A stretch of 64,000 nucleotides of DNA from a virus (Duplodnaviria; Caudoviricetes), in IMG/VR virus record IMGVR_UViG_3300028048_000075, positions 65,606-129,605 of that record. One strand, 5' to 3'. Positions 10,612 to 20,759 of the stretch are shown in pieces. The notes under the pieces are model-generated. The model searched no databases. It saw only the letters and a program-made list of their open reading frames with translations, and was not told the DNA's origin. Position 1 is the first letter of the stretch. Every line of letters begins with the position of its first letter. Position numbers and translations under genes: made by a program.

Positions 10612-11632
10612 GAACGTTCATTTTTCTGATTCTATATATGTGAAAGATGTGGCTAATATGCCATCAACTCTTAACACAGAAGTTATCATTACAGCTAAGA
10701 ACTGTAAGTCTGAAGGTTCTGTAGAACGTCAGATTTATAAGAATAAAACTGCTCTTCCTGGCAGAACAAGTCTCTTGGAATCTGTATTCCCAGTATCTCC
10801 AAATATTAGAGATCAGCATATCTTTATTAATGATAACGTTCTTGGTGAAACAGATAATACTGGTGCTCCTATCGCTAATCCTCAGAAGATCATTCTTCCT
10901 ACAGGTGTAAACGAAGGAATGCTCCCTAGAAACAACATCAATCTCTTCCGTAGAAGACGTGTAGCATATTGGTGTGCAGGTGATGGTGCTATGAACAGAA
11001 CACTTATTAGTGAGTCATATCCAGCACATATCACAAACTCAAGACTATACCACATGATTCCTTTCCGTGTAACTGGAGATGGTGGAGATAATACTATCGA
11101 TGCCACAATGTACAAAGGAAAGGTTGTCTATAACACAAACCATCCATTGAGTGGTAGAACCGCAGCATATTTTAAGAAAATCGAATTCGATGGACTTGAA
11201 AGCGGTATCAAAATGCTTGTAGAAGGTACACCTTATACACCATCTTGGAGAGATACAGCTCCTGATCTTGATGCTGAAGATCCACAGGGTTACGTCAATA
11301 AATTCCGTGGAAATGCTAATCAGACTAACTATGTCGATATGGTTCTCAACATCAATGCTGAAGAATTTAAGTCATGGTTTAACCTTACTGAATCAACATT
11401 GGCTAATGCTACTATTAGTGAAATTGGTTTGGTTCTTGGATATGAAGGATATCTTGGTAATGGTTCTCTAAAAGCTGTAGAGGATCTAAATCCTGATGAT
11501 CCAGAATATACAAATTCTAAGAAGATCGCTGAAGTATTCGATGCCGAGCTTTTTGCTCATCTAACATTCGATCCTTATAGCGTATCTCGCGAAAACGCTT
11601 CAATCACGATTGAATATCGTGTATATGCATAA
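10604..11632 (+). CDS. putative baseplate/tail structural protein
   Basis: AAGGAG RBS; C-terminal ISEIGL...LFAHLTF...ITIEYRVY resembles tail-collar/baseplate proteins. Confidence 0.5.
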   Translation: MNKNVHFSDSIYVKDVANMPSTLNTEVIITAKNCKSEGSVERQIYKNKTALPGRTSLLESVFPVSPNIRDQHIFINDNVLGETDNTGAPIANPQKIILPTGVNEGMLPRNNINLFRRRRVAYWCAGDGAMNRTLISESYPAHITNSRLYHMIPFRVTGDGGDNTIDATMYKGKVVYNTNHPLSGRTAAYFKKIEFDGLESGIKMLVEGTPYTPSWRDTAPDLDAEDPQGYVNKFRGNANQTNYVDMVLNINAEEFKSWFNLTESTLANATISEIGLVLGYEGYLGNGSLKAVEDLNPDDPEYTNSKKIAEVFDAELFAHLTFDPYSVSRENASITIEYRVYA

Positions 11633-11713
11633 ATCATTTACTTCCTTTACTGGTCACGAATAATTTCATTGTTCGTTGTTGTCATAAAGTACTCCTTTTC
11701 ATAAAATCATGAG

Positions 11714-11747
11714 GCTGTGCGAGTTCTCTCGCACAGCAATTTTATTT
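11714..11747 (+). terminator. terminator hairpin
   Basis: GCTGTGCGAG-ttct-CTCGCACAGC followed by AT-rich/T tail. Confidence 0.7.
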
Positions 11748-11756
11748 GTCATCATC

Positions 11757-11770
11757 GACAAATGAATATA
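11757..11770 (+). promoter_or_regulatory. late-type promoter GACA-N6-TATA
   Basis: GACAAATGAATATA. Confidence 0.6.
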
Positions 11771-11793
11771 TTCGTTACTTATGGAGTTATCAT

Positions 11794-13077
11794 ATGAATG
11801 ACAATGATACTTTGAAATATAAAAAACTTAAATATGAGGATATAAAAGACGTTATTGAGAAACTCAAAGATCCTAATAACATAACACGAAGTTACCTTAC
11901 AGAATTGTTTTCAAATAGACAAGGTAAACGAGATGATAATGGTAAAATCGAAGTACTTCCAGCAAGATTTAGATGTACGGATTACTTTGATTTACCAGCT
12001 GGGGTTTTGGAAAATCAACCACAAGCTATTAAAGATACAACATTAGGCATCTTTATTTTCAATTCTCTTGTTATAAATAATGCTTTTCATGGTAAAGTAA
12101 GTTATCAAAATGCTCCTTTGAATGATGATAATCGAGATGATCTTATCGATAAAATTGGTTTGTTTATACTTAGAGATCAGATCAGTGTACAAGAGTTTGC
12201 AGTTTTCTGTAACGCTATCGTTTGGCTAGGATATCAGAACGAACTCTTTATGCCTGGAGTTTCTTTGGAATTGGTTATACCTAATAAAGAAATTGCTAAA
12301 CTTAAAGTTAAACTTCTTAATGAGCATAAACATCTAACAGAACGTAAAGTTATGTCTAATGTTGAAGTTGCTGAATATGCTGACAAAATTGAAAAACCTC
12401 TTATTGATAAAGCTAAAGAGTTGAGTGAAAACAATTATGCTGGAAAACTGTTTGATTTGGGTAAACCTACTATTAAAAACCAGTATAAAAACTCCAATAT
12501 TACCAATGGTCCTATTATGGATCCTACAACAGGTAAATACAAAATAAACGTAAATTCTTACAATGAAGGAATTAACGACTGGAACTTTGATGTTTTGGCA
12601 AATAAATCCGTAATTGCATCTTATTCTCGTGGCGTTAATACTCAAGTTGGTGGTACATATGCTAAATACGTTGGTATTTTGATGCAGACTGTTGTAGCTG
12701 GTCCTAAAGGTTCAGATTGCCATACTACAGGGTATTTGGATTTTCTTGTCACAAAATTCAATAAGAGCACAATAGAGTTTAATTATGCTATAACTCCAGA
12801 TAGTGGAGGTAAAGAGGTAGTTCTTACTGACACTATGCTAAATGGCTTAGTCGGAAAACGTATTAAAATGCGCTCTCCAATATTTTGTAAGAATCCTAAA
12901 TGTCTTTGTAATCATTGTATTGGTGATAGAACTTATGCTCTTGGTATTAAAAACATTGGTCTTACTGGAAATATTCCATTCGACTCTCAGAAGAATATCT
13001 CTATGAAAGCTGCTCACGATATTTCTGTAAAACCATACAATGCTAATGTAGAAGAATTTATCGCATTCGAAAAATAA
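11794..13077 (+). CDS. RNA polymerase beta' subunit, C-terminal half (probably virion RNAP, phiKZ gp80-like)
   Basis: RGVNTQVGGTYAK (bridge-helix-like), SDCHT, MRSPIFC..LCNHCIG zinc site, NIGL, SMKAAH trigger-loop-like; late-type promoter. Confidence 0.85.
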   Translation: MNDNDTLKYKKLKYEDIKDVIEKLKDPNNITRSYLTELFSNRQGKRDDNGKIEVLPARFRCTDYFDLPAGVLENQPQAIKDTTLGIFIFNSLVINNAFHGKVSYQNAPLNDDNRDDLIDKIGLFILRDQISVQEFAVFCNAIVWLGYQNELFMPGVSLELVIPNKEIAKLKVKLLNEHKHLTERKVMSNVEVAEYADKIEKPLIDKAKELSENNYAGKLFDLGKPTIKNQYKNSNITNGPIMDPTTGKYKINVNSYNEGINDWNFDVLANKSVIASYSRGVNTQVGGTYAKYVGILMQTVVAGPKGSDCHTTGYLDFLVTKFNKSTIEFNYAITPDSGGKEVVLTDTMLNGLVGKRIKMRSPIFCKNPKCLCNHCIGDRTYALGIKNIGLTGNIPFDSQKNISMKAAHDISVKPYNANVEEFIAFEK

Positions 13078-13083
13078 TAACAT

Positions 13084-13114
13084 AAGGTCCCTATATCAGG
13101 GACCTTAGTTTTTT
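13084..13114 (+). terminator. rho-independent terminator
   Basis: AAGGTCCCT/AGGGACCTT stem plus T-run. Confidence 0.75.
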
Positions 13115-13117
13115 ATC

Positions 13118-13156
13118 CTGTTAAGACCCCCCCCCACACTTATATATTATAATAAT
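13118..13156 (+). promoter_or_regulatory. early-type promoter with poly-C (C9) spacer
   Basis: CTGTT-aaga-C9-acac-TTATATATTATAATA. Confidence 0.7.
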
Positions 13157-13177
13157 GAAGGGTATAGGAGGAGTATT

Positions 13178-13825
13178 ATGCCTGAGAAAGAACTTAAAAT
13201 GATCGTTAGTAAGACGATCAATAGCAATCGTTTCATCGCATCGATTGCATACGGTCTCACTATGGGATTGTGGGGCCGTTATTATGCGGAGAATCTGAGT
13301 TTCGTGTGGACCCAGACTCAGATTCTTGTTATGTTTGTTGCTGGCTATATAGTTAACGATTTGGCTAGCAAGAAAATGACGTTCCGTAAGTCCATATTTT
13401 ACATGCGGAATGTTCTGGGCTTCATGGTCAGATTCATTGACCTGGTTACGGTTATATGGTTTACTGTAACTCATAGCCCAGCAGTACTTTTTATAGGAGA
13501 CATTGTCTCCTGTATATTCAGTGAAGTGGAGGCCATAGCCTGGACTGAAATGCACTCAGCCACTTTCACTGGCAATTTTAGGGCAGAGCACTCGGCCCGG
13601 AATCAAAAGGCCGGCAACCTCGGAAGCATAATAGCTTACGTAGCTGCTACATTGATTGCGTTTTTCATCGTTGGTGAAAAACCGATTAGTGAGGAAATAT
13701 TATTAGTGACACAATACATCATGGTCGTGGTGTGCTATGTCATTTATTTCCGCGGTCTTAAAATCTTCAAGCTCACAAGGCCTCTTGTTGAGGCCATGTG
13801 GGCTGAGAAGGAAAAAGAAGTGTAA
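13178..13825 (+). CDS. polytopic membrane protein, 215 aa (half-MFS-like topology)
   Basis: About 5-6 hydrophobic segments; AGGAGG RBS; higher GC than neighbours. Confidence 0.7.
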   Translation: MPEKELKMIVSKTINSNRFIASIAYGLTMGLWGRYYAENLSFVWTQTQILVMFVAGYIVNDLASKKMTFRKSIFYMRNVLGFMVRFIDLVTVIWFTVTHSPAVLFIGDIVSCIFSEVEAIAWTEMHSATFTGNFRAEHSARNQKAGNLGSIIAYVAATLIAFFIVGEKPISEEILLVTQYIMVVVCYVIYFRGLKIFKLTRPLVEAMWAEKEKEV

Positions 13826-13826
13826 G

Positions 13827-13857
13827 AAAGAAAGGGGCTTCGGCCCCTTCTTTTTTT
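13827..13857 (+). terminator. rho-independent terminator (UUCG loop)
   Basis: AAGGGGC-TTCG-GCCCCTT plus T-run. Confidence 0.85.
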
Positions 13858-13899
13858 ATTCTCTTTTGTACATACCCATATACATTTTTGAGGTGTTTT

Positions 13900-14193
13900 A
13901 TGAACGGATTTGTATCTATTTTACTTAAAATACTTGGTGTTATAATTGATGTACTTGGTGTATTTACTCTTGCTCTTATAATACTCGTAATACTTTATAA
14001 GATTTTTGAAAAAGGTATTATGAAAATGCGTGTTAAGAAGTATGCTAAAAAATTGACAGAAACAAACTTTATGCAAGATTTAATGGCTAAAATGACTGAT
14101 GAAGAACTTGAAAAGATCAAGAAAAACAATCATGCTGAGACAACCATAACATTGGATTTGACAAATATGGAAAAGAAATCCGAGACCAAATGA
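13900..14193 (+). CDS. small membrane protein
   Basis: GAGG RBS; long N-terminal hydrophobic stretch; TACA-N6-TATA at 13869. Confidence 0.7.
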   Translation: MNGFVSILLKILGVIIDVLGVFTLALIILVILYKIFEKGIMKMRVKKYAKKLTETNFMQDLMAKMTDEELEKIKKNNHAETTITLDLTNMEKKSETK

Positions 14194-14227
14194 CTTATAT
14201 ATTCTAATATTAATAAGGAGTAATATT

Positions 14228-16642
14228 ATGGCTAAACAAGAAAAGCAAAAATCTGAGTTTGCATTTAATATTCCTGATGACTTTGTAGAAAATTTTGATA
14301 ATTCAGAAATACATAGAACCATTAGGGATAACAAGAAGATTTATGCATTAACGACATTTGGTCGTGCTATACCATATTATAAAGATGGCCTGATTGAAGC
14401 TTACAGACGTGCTTTGTATGATATGATTGATAAGAATATTCGATTTAAGAATAAGACTGTAAAGTCTGCTCTTATTGTAGGTGATATTATTGGTCGTTTT
14501 CATCCTCATGGTGACGCTGCAGCATATCAGTCTATTGTAACATTGACACAACCTTGGACAAACAATTACCCGCTTATTTATGGTGGGGATAGTAACTTCG
14601 GTAATGTTTTGGGAAACCCAGCTGCTGCATACCGATATACAGAATGTAAAACTTCAGAATTCTTCGATGACGTTTGTGAAGAAATCAAAGAAGAATATGT
14701 GGACTTTATGCCTAACTTTGATGATAGTGCTAAAGAAATTTGTTACATTCCGTTTAAAGTCCCCGTATTATTGGTCAATGGTTCTTATGGTATTGCTGAC
14801 TCATATATGACATCAATCTTACCACATAATCTTAACGATGTTATCGATATCTGTGAAAAGTACATAGCTAATAAACAGATTAGAAACGAGATTCTTGTGG
14901 ATGGTTTCTATCCTGATTGTCCAAACTATGGAATAATCACCAATAGAAACGAGATTGAAAGATGCTATAAGCTTGGAACACCAGCAAATGTCAAAATGAA
15001 AGCAACTATGGAAGTCAATCGTGAGGAAAATAAGATTATTATCAAAGATCTTCCTTATGGTATGACTGAAGCGGATGTTATAACCACACTCAAAGGTTAT
15101 TATGAAAAGAATCATGCAGTTCTTAGCAAAGTTTTAAATATTATAGACATGAAAACTACCAGAAATGGTGAAATGTTTATTGAATTTGAAGTCTTGTTTG
15201 ATAAGAATGCGAACATCCTTGAAGTTGCTAAAGATCTTGAACGTTTCTGTTTGTCTAAAACTGTTCCTATCAGTATGATTAATTTTGATGGAAAATTCGT
15301 TAAACGAGTTTCTATTAAAGATTTGATTGCTAACTGGTATGATACATTATACACGACAAAACACAGAAAACTCGGATATCAAACATCGTTACTTGTTAAT
15401 GAAATCCATATTCTCGAAGGTAAGTTGAAGATCTACGATCATATCGATGAAATCATTGAGTATGCTAAGAAATCAAAGTCTGACAAAGAATTCATGGAAT
15501 ATCTTTCTAAGAAATACGGTCTGACATTGATACAATCTAAAGCAATCATCAATATGCGTATTCAGCAATTGAATGCAACATCTAAGGATGAAATTATTGC
15601 ACAAATTGCTGAGAACAGACGTAAGATCGATGAACTTGATGAAAGAGTTATGCATATCGATGATGAAATCGTTGCGGATCTCGAAAAGCTAAGAAAGAAG
15701 TATGGAAGACCAAGAAGAACAGTAGTACTTGAGGATTCAGAATCAAGTTCTAAGAATATAACTTCTATTCCTATGAGTAATGGAATGATTCTTTGGACGA
15801 ATAATCAATACGCTGTGTTCGATTTAAATGCTGTACTAAATGGTAAAAGTTTGATAAATGGTGTTAAGACTTGTAAAGTAAATGGTCGCAATGTAAAAGA
15901 AATTATTGGTGGTCACAATGTTTATAAGGATCTTATAGCCATTCTGATATTCAATAGAGATGGTACTGCTAAGAGAGTTAATGTCTCAGATTTGGTTGGT
16001 ATCAACAATTGGATTTCGGTATCAGACGAACCGATGATTGTGGGTGTAATTCCTATTTATTCTGAAGATGACAAGTTCATTTGTATATCTGATCAGAATA
16101 AAATAAAGATCTCATCTGTAGCAGATTTCAATAGTAAACAGTCAATAAAAGCTGGTGTTATGAAATGTGTACAGAGAGTAGATTCAACAAAGGATTCGTG
16201 TTTCATACTCTGTGAATCAGGAAGATATCATTATATTCATATAGCTGATATTCCTGAGTTAGGAAGAACAGCTTCAGGAGTTATTCTAAATATTCCTGAT
16301 AATGAAAATGTCTCGATGATACAGATGGAACAATTCACAGATGATATTGGTATAGCGTCTATCACAGATGCAGAAGGATACACATATATCATCAAAATCG
16401 AACAGGAATTACTCGAAGAAACCAATAGAGCGAACAAAGCTAAGAAATTGATGGATTTGAGTGATTATACGTTTACTAATATTTGTGAAGTGAATATTAA
16501 AGATAAAGATGCTAAATGCATTTTAATCGGAAAGAATTCTACATCACAAGTCAACATGAGTAACATTAGATCTGGAGATCTTGCAAGGATACCGAAGAAA
16601 GTTCCGATATCTATTGTTGGATTGGTCACTTACAAAATTTAA
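14228..16642 (+). CDS. gyrA: DNA gyrase / topoisomerase IV subunit A
   Basis: DGL...RR, KSALIVGDIIGRFHPHGD, AAAYRYTE catalytic Tyr, LLVNGSYGIA, PHNL, C-terminal pinwheel-like repeats (GRTASGV). Confidence 0.92.
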   Translation: MAKQEKQKSEFAFNIPDDFVENFDNSEIHRTIRDNKKIYALTTFGRAIPYYKDGLIEAYRRALYDMIDKNIRFKNKTVKSALIVGDIIGRFHPHGDAAAYQSIVTLTQPWTNNYPLIYGGDSNFGNVLGNPAAAYRYTECKTSEFFDDVCEEIKEEYVDFMPNFDDSAKEICYIPFKVPVLLVNGSYGIADSYMTSILPHNLNDVIDICEKYIANKQIRNEILVDGFYPDCPNYGIITNRNEIERCYKLGTPANVKMKATMEVNREENKIIIKDLPYGMTEADVITTLKGYYEKNHAVLSKVLNIIDMKTTRNGEMFIEFEVLFDKNANILEVAKDLERFCLSKTVPISMINFDGKFVKRVSIKDLIANWYDTLYTTKHRKLGYQTSLLVNEIHILEGKLKIYDHIDEIIEYAKKSKSDKEFMEYLSKKYGLTLIQSKAIINMRIQQLNATSKDEIIAQIAENRRKIDELDERVMHIDDEIVADLEKLRKKYGRPRRTVVLEDSESSSKNITSIPMSNGMILWTNNQYAVFDLNAVLNGKSLINGVKTCKVNGRNVKEIIGGHNVYKDLIAILIFNRDGTAKRVNVSDLVGINNWISVSDEPMIVGVIPIYSEDDKFICISDQNKIKISSVADFNSKQSIKAGVMKCVQRVDSTKDSCFILCESGRYHYIHIADIPELGRTASGVILNIPDNENVSMIQMEQFTDDIGIASITDAEGYTYIIKIEQELLEETNRANKAKKLMDLSDYTFTNICEVNIKDKDAKCILIGKNSTSQVNMSNIRSGDLARIPKKVPISIVGLVTYKI

Positions 16643-16701
16643 AATTATAAGGGTAGTCGATGACTACCCTTATTTCTATTCTACAGGAGGAAAAAGGAAT
16701 T

Positions 16702-17253
16702 ATGGATGTGAAACGCTTGATAATCGATCTTAACAACATGTTTTTGCGTATAAACTTTTGGGATGATGGAAACGTTATAGCTTTTAGCTTTAAATGCGAT
16801 TTCTTTGATAAAGCTTATATAGACAAAAATAACCGTATAAGGTTCAATATCAAAGAATGTAATAGTGGTGAGTTAATGTTGAACCTCTCCACAAGAAACG
16901 CAGAAAACGACAACAGCGAGTTCTTTGAGATTTCAAGAAAATACTTCAATGATAATCTTGCAAATCTCGTAAAAGATTCTCTTAGGCATATGCTCAATGG
17001 GGAACAGCTTATACCTAATCCGTCTGTTGAAGCTGCTTACAAGCTAAAGTCAAGACCTAAGAATAACAATCATACTCAGAGAGTTCGCAATCTCAATGTT
17101 GGTATTTATGGTCTAGATCCTGATGGATACAATATCTGGTGTCCTACTGGTGAAAACCTATTTGAAGAATTGGAAGATTTTATGGAAATCCCTAGTGGTG
17201 ATTTCATGGATCTTCCACAGAATGCTGTACAACTTGAGTTAGATCTCTTCTAA
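16702..17253 (+). CDS. hypothetical protein
   Basis: AGGAGG/AAGGA upstream of ATG 16702. Confidence 0.7.
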   Translation: MDVKRLIIDLNNMFLRINFWDDGNVIAFSFKCDFFDKAYIDKNNRIRFNIKECNSGELMLNLSTRNAENDNSEFFEISRKYFNDNLANLVKDSLRHMLNGEQLIPNPSVEAAYKLKSRPKNNNHTQRVRNLNVGIYGLDPDGYNIWCPTGENLFEELEDFMEIPSGDFMDLPQNAVQLELDLF

Positions 17254-17354
17254 AATTAAAAAATAAACGCTCGATTTGATATTGGGCGTTTATTTTTTGT
17301 TTATATATTTTACTAATAGCATCGAGACTAAGTATTATATAATAGGAGAATAAT

Positions 17355-18482
17355 ATGAGACTTAATTTTGGAACAGGAAGAAGTACGTTCGGCATGACTA
17401 CTAAAGATGTGCCAGGAATGTATAAATTACACAGATTTATAGTTCTTTCAGAGATTTCTTCAAACAGTGTACCGAATATCTTGGATATATTCTTCGGATT
17501 ATTTCCTGGAGGTATAGATTGCGTTGATGAATCTTCTAAGAAAACAAGAGTTATGGTAATTAATAACTCTGAAGTACATGGAACTTATTATGGATTGCGG
17601 GATTCTAGAACTAGAAACGTATTTATCCATCATGGAATGGCTGATTGTTCAGCAAATGAAATTCAAGGTGATACACCAATATTCTTCAAAGACGTTGACT
17701 GGAACGTTATTGTTGATAAACCAGATGAAATGGAAATGGCCGTTTCACAAAATAAATGCTTGTCAGCAATGGGTGAAGTAAATCTTTCTTATGATTCGGA
17801 AGTATCTGGAGATAATATCTTTAGACCAAACAGTGGTAGTAAGAAGATATTGATTCCTACACCGGAATTCTATGACGAAAAAGATATGGTTCTTGTAGGT
17901 AATCGTGAAGAAAACTACATGGATATGATATATGACGCAAAAGAGAAAATCTGGGAAACTCCGGATGATTCTAATATACTCAGCAATATGTATACTCTTA
18001 CATTGAATGATCTTATTGATGAAAATACTAAGATTTTCAGATTAAACATTAAGATCGAAAATTTATCGTCATTTAAAGAATTTGATGAAACTTCAGAAAC
18101 ATTCAATAGTTTTGTTGAAGAACTTTGTGCTAACACTAAATTCGCTCTTGAAAAATCAGGTTTCTCGTCAGCAGAGATTATTTATGACGGAAAGAATGGT
18201 TATAATGTAACTAATCTTAAAACGTATATGAATCTTACTGATATTGAGAAAAGAATCAATTACATGGGTTTGTGTTATGAACTCGATTCATTGAATGAAG
18301 CTGGTTTGTATGGTAGTAGAAATGATATTAGCATTATTATGACACTCAACTATAGTAATATTCACGTTAAAATAATCGATAAGATTATTGACAGAAGAAA
18401 TTCTGAAAATACTACAGATTCTGACGTATTAGGATTGTCTCAGATGTTAAGAGAAAGTACAGCGAATATGTACATGTCATAA
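17355..18482 (+). CDS. hypothetical protein, 375 aa
   Basis: AGGAG RBS; early-type motif near 17302. Confidence 0.8.
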   Translation: MRLNFGTGRSTFGMTTKDVPGMYKLHRFIVLSEISSNSVPNILDIFFGLFPGGIDCVDESSKKTRVMVINNSEVHGTYYGLRDSRTRNVFIHHGMADCSANEIQGDTPIFFKDVDWNVIVDKPDEMEMAVSQNKCLSAMGEVNLSYDSEVSGDNIFRPNSGSKKILIPTPEFYDEKDMVLVGNREENYMDMIYDAKEKIWETPDDSNILSNMYTLTLNDLIDENTKIFRLNIKIENLSSFKEFDETSETFNSFVEELCANTKFALEKSGFSSAEIIYDGKNGYNVTNLKTYMNLTDIEKRINYMGLCYELDSLNEAGLYGSRNDISIIMTLNYSNIHVKIIDKIIDRRNSENTTDSDVLGLSQMLRESTANMYMS

Positions 18483-18524
18483 ACGTTTCGCTTATATATT
18501 CTCTATATAATAAGGAGTGTTAGT

Positions 18525-19697
18525 ATGAATATAACTGCGAGAACTTGGCAAAAACCGAAAGAGTATGTAGAAGCTGGTAAAGGTTTTGCCGAAGCTGGCA
18601 TTTTAGATGCACACAGATTTTTCTATATATTCTTTTCGTATAATGACATCGATGACTTTAAAAATAACCGATTGGATCCAAAAGCAATATACTATGGAAA
18701 AGCAATTCAAATAAATCTTTCTATCTCTAGAGGTGGTAAAGATAATGTTGATGTAGCTCCATGGTTTAGAGGTTCAGATAATTCGACGTTCATGAGTATA
18801 GGAATGTACATTTATGACGTTATTTCTGAAGGTAGTATTACAGATCTTTCTGGAGCACAGTTCATTCTTAAAGAATCATTGGTGTCTTCAACAACAAATG
18901 ATTATGATTTGAAGAAATCTATGTTACTCGGAGCATCAATGTATTCTAAAGATCTTAGGGATAAACCTGAGAAATCGATATATTTGGCAAATAACATAAT
19001 GGAAGATCATCCACCAATTCCAGAACCAGAGTATTACACTATAAGACAACAAGAAGTTGAAAATGGTGATATATTCACAATATTGGATCTCGGAACTGTT
19101 ATAACTCGTTTAGGTCATGAAATATTTGATGAAAATACTACATTTTCGATAATGGATATGACCGAAATGAATGCTATGGAACCAATTCTCAAGAATAAAA
19201 TATATGAAGCGAGAAATACCAAACGAATGAGTGACTACAAAGCTTCTATATACGATTCTACAGAATTATCAGAATATACATTGTATGAAGATTTTGCAAG
19301 TATGCAACATGGTTATACTTACATTTATGATACAAATCTTGGTGTAAATATAATCAAAAACAACAAATCGTTTATGCCGTTTGTAAATCATCAATTCAAA
19401 GATAAACTTCAGGAAGATCTTGAAGGAACTTTGAGAAAAATTAAGATGTATGCTTCTGAAGTAGAAAAAGAACTTGGTCCTATGAGATTGATGTTTACTC
19501 CATTATATTATGGAGATAAAAGTAACGTCTATTTCAAAGATTGGAAAGCTGACAATCAACCGGTTGTTAAGGATTCTATTGGTCTTGATAGTGGTACTAA
19601 GTTGGAAAATGAAGTAGTTAATTGTTGCTCAGAAGAATATGACGGATGGGGAGCAAGAGATAAAATGGTTCCACCTGATGGTGGATTGTATGATTAA
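18525..19697 (+). CDS. hypothetical protein, 390 aa
   Basis: AAGGAG RBS; early-type motif near 18492. Confidence 0.8.
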   Translation: MNITARTWQKPKEYVEAGKGFAEAGILDAHRFFYIFFSYNDIDDFKNNRLDPKAIYYGKAIQINLSISRGGKDNVDVAPWFRGSDNSTFMSIGMYIYDVISEGSITDLSGAQFILKESLVSSTTNDYDLKKSMLLGASMYSKDLRDKPEKSIYLANNIMEDHPPIPEPEYYTIRQQEVENGDIFTILDLGTVITRLGHEIFDENTTFSIMDMTEMNAMEPILKNKIYEARNTKRMSDYKASIYDSTELSEYTLYEDFASMQHGYTYIYDTNLGVNIIKNNKSFMPFVNHQFKDKLQEDLEGTLRKIKMYASEVEKELGPMRLMFTPLYYGDKSNVYFKDWKADNQPVVKDSIGLDSGTKLENEVVNCCSEEYDGWGARDKMVPPDGGLYD

Positions 19698-19706
19698 GGA
19701 GGATTT

Positions 19707-20675
19707 ATGGCATACAGAACCAAACAATTTAACATCCTGTATAAGGAGTACTTGAAACCAGTTATGGATTTCGTGGGAATCACAACCTCTAATGACCCAG
19801 GTTGTGGTCTCATGAAATATATCGGTTGTGACAAAAAGAATCCAGAAGGAAAAGCTGTACCGACATATTTTGTCAATCAGTTTAATAACAACAAGATCTA
19901 TACGTTAGTCAGATCTCAAGACGAGTTCATTAACTATAGATCTCGTAAAGATGATTTGGAATACTTTAATCCATTTGTGAAGTACAAGAATGCATTATTG
20001 CTTTTGCTTATGACAACTCCTGTTATATACGAAAAGGTCGTAGACAGGAGTTTTTGCCAAAATGATGATGGTGTAGATCTCGATATCGTAAACGTAATTG
20101 TAGACGATGAACTTGCTATCACTCAGGAAGAAATTCTTAATCACGTTAGAATTCTTCAGTATCCGTTACGTAAAAATATGTATGACGAATCGATATATTC
20201 GTATGGTGTGGAGTTCTCTACAGATACAATGAGCTTATGCGATTCTGAGCTCATAGAAGGTATAACAAGTTCTGAAGACAGCAAAATATTGGCAGTATTC
20301 ATGTTGATCTTTAGGATTATGGCAAGATTTGAAGAGCCATTACCTATTCTTACAAAAGCTTGTGACGGTTCTTTTGAAAGACTTCGTGAGATGTTTGTTG
20401 ATACTCTTACAAAGTATGAGAAAGAACGTGAACTTAATAGAAAAGATATTAAGAAACTCAAGATCGAAACTGAAGTTGATGTATATCAGGGTGATGAACT
20501 TGAACTTCTTGATTCTAACGAATACGAATCTGTTTCAGATGCATTGGATAAATCTTCTTCTCCTGAAGATGAAGAGCTAACAAATGTTACTAATATTACA
20601 GACAAATACAAAGAAGTTATTCCTATCATCGATAAAGAAAGCGATGACGATATGCTAGAATTGGATTTCATCTAA
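19707..20675 (+). CDS. hypothetical protein with acidic C-terminus
   Basis: AAGGAGG RBS; long ORF. Confidence 0.8.
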   Translation: MAYRTKQFNILYKEYLKPVMDFVGITTSNDPGCGLMKYIGCDKKNPEGKAVPTYFVNQFNNNKIYTLVRSQDEFINYRSRKDDLEYFNPFVKYKNALLLLLMTTPVIYEKVVDRSFCQNDDGVDLDIVNVIVDDELAITQEEILNHVRILQYPLRKNMYDESIYSYGVEFSTDTMSLCDSELIEGITSSEDSKILAVFMLIFRIMARFEEPLPILTKACDGSFERLREMFVDTLTKYEKERELNRKDIKKLKIETEVDVYQGDELELLDSNEYESVSDALDKSSSPEDEELTNVTNITDKYKEVIPIIDKESDDDMLELDFI

Positions 20676-20679
20676 TACT

Positions 20680-20706
20680 AAAGAGGGCCTTGTGCCCTCT
20701 TTTTTT
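20680..20706 (+). terminator. rho-independent terminator
   Basis: AAGAGGGC/GCCCTCTT plus T-run. Confidence 0.8.
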
Positions 20707-20710
20707 GTTT

Positions 20711-20724
20711 GACAAACTAATATA
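20711..20724 (+). promoter_or_regulatory. late-type promoter GACA-N6-TATA
   Basis: GACAAACTAATATA, identical to the copy at 41916. Confidence 0.65.
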
Positions 20725-20759
20725 TCCTTATAGGATAAAAATAATAATAGGACTGTGTT

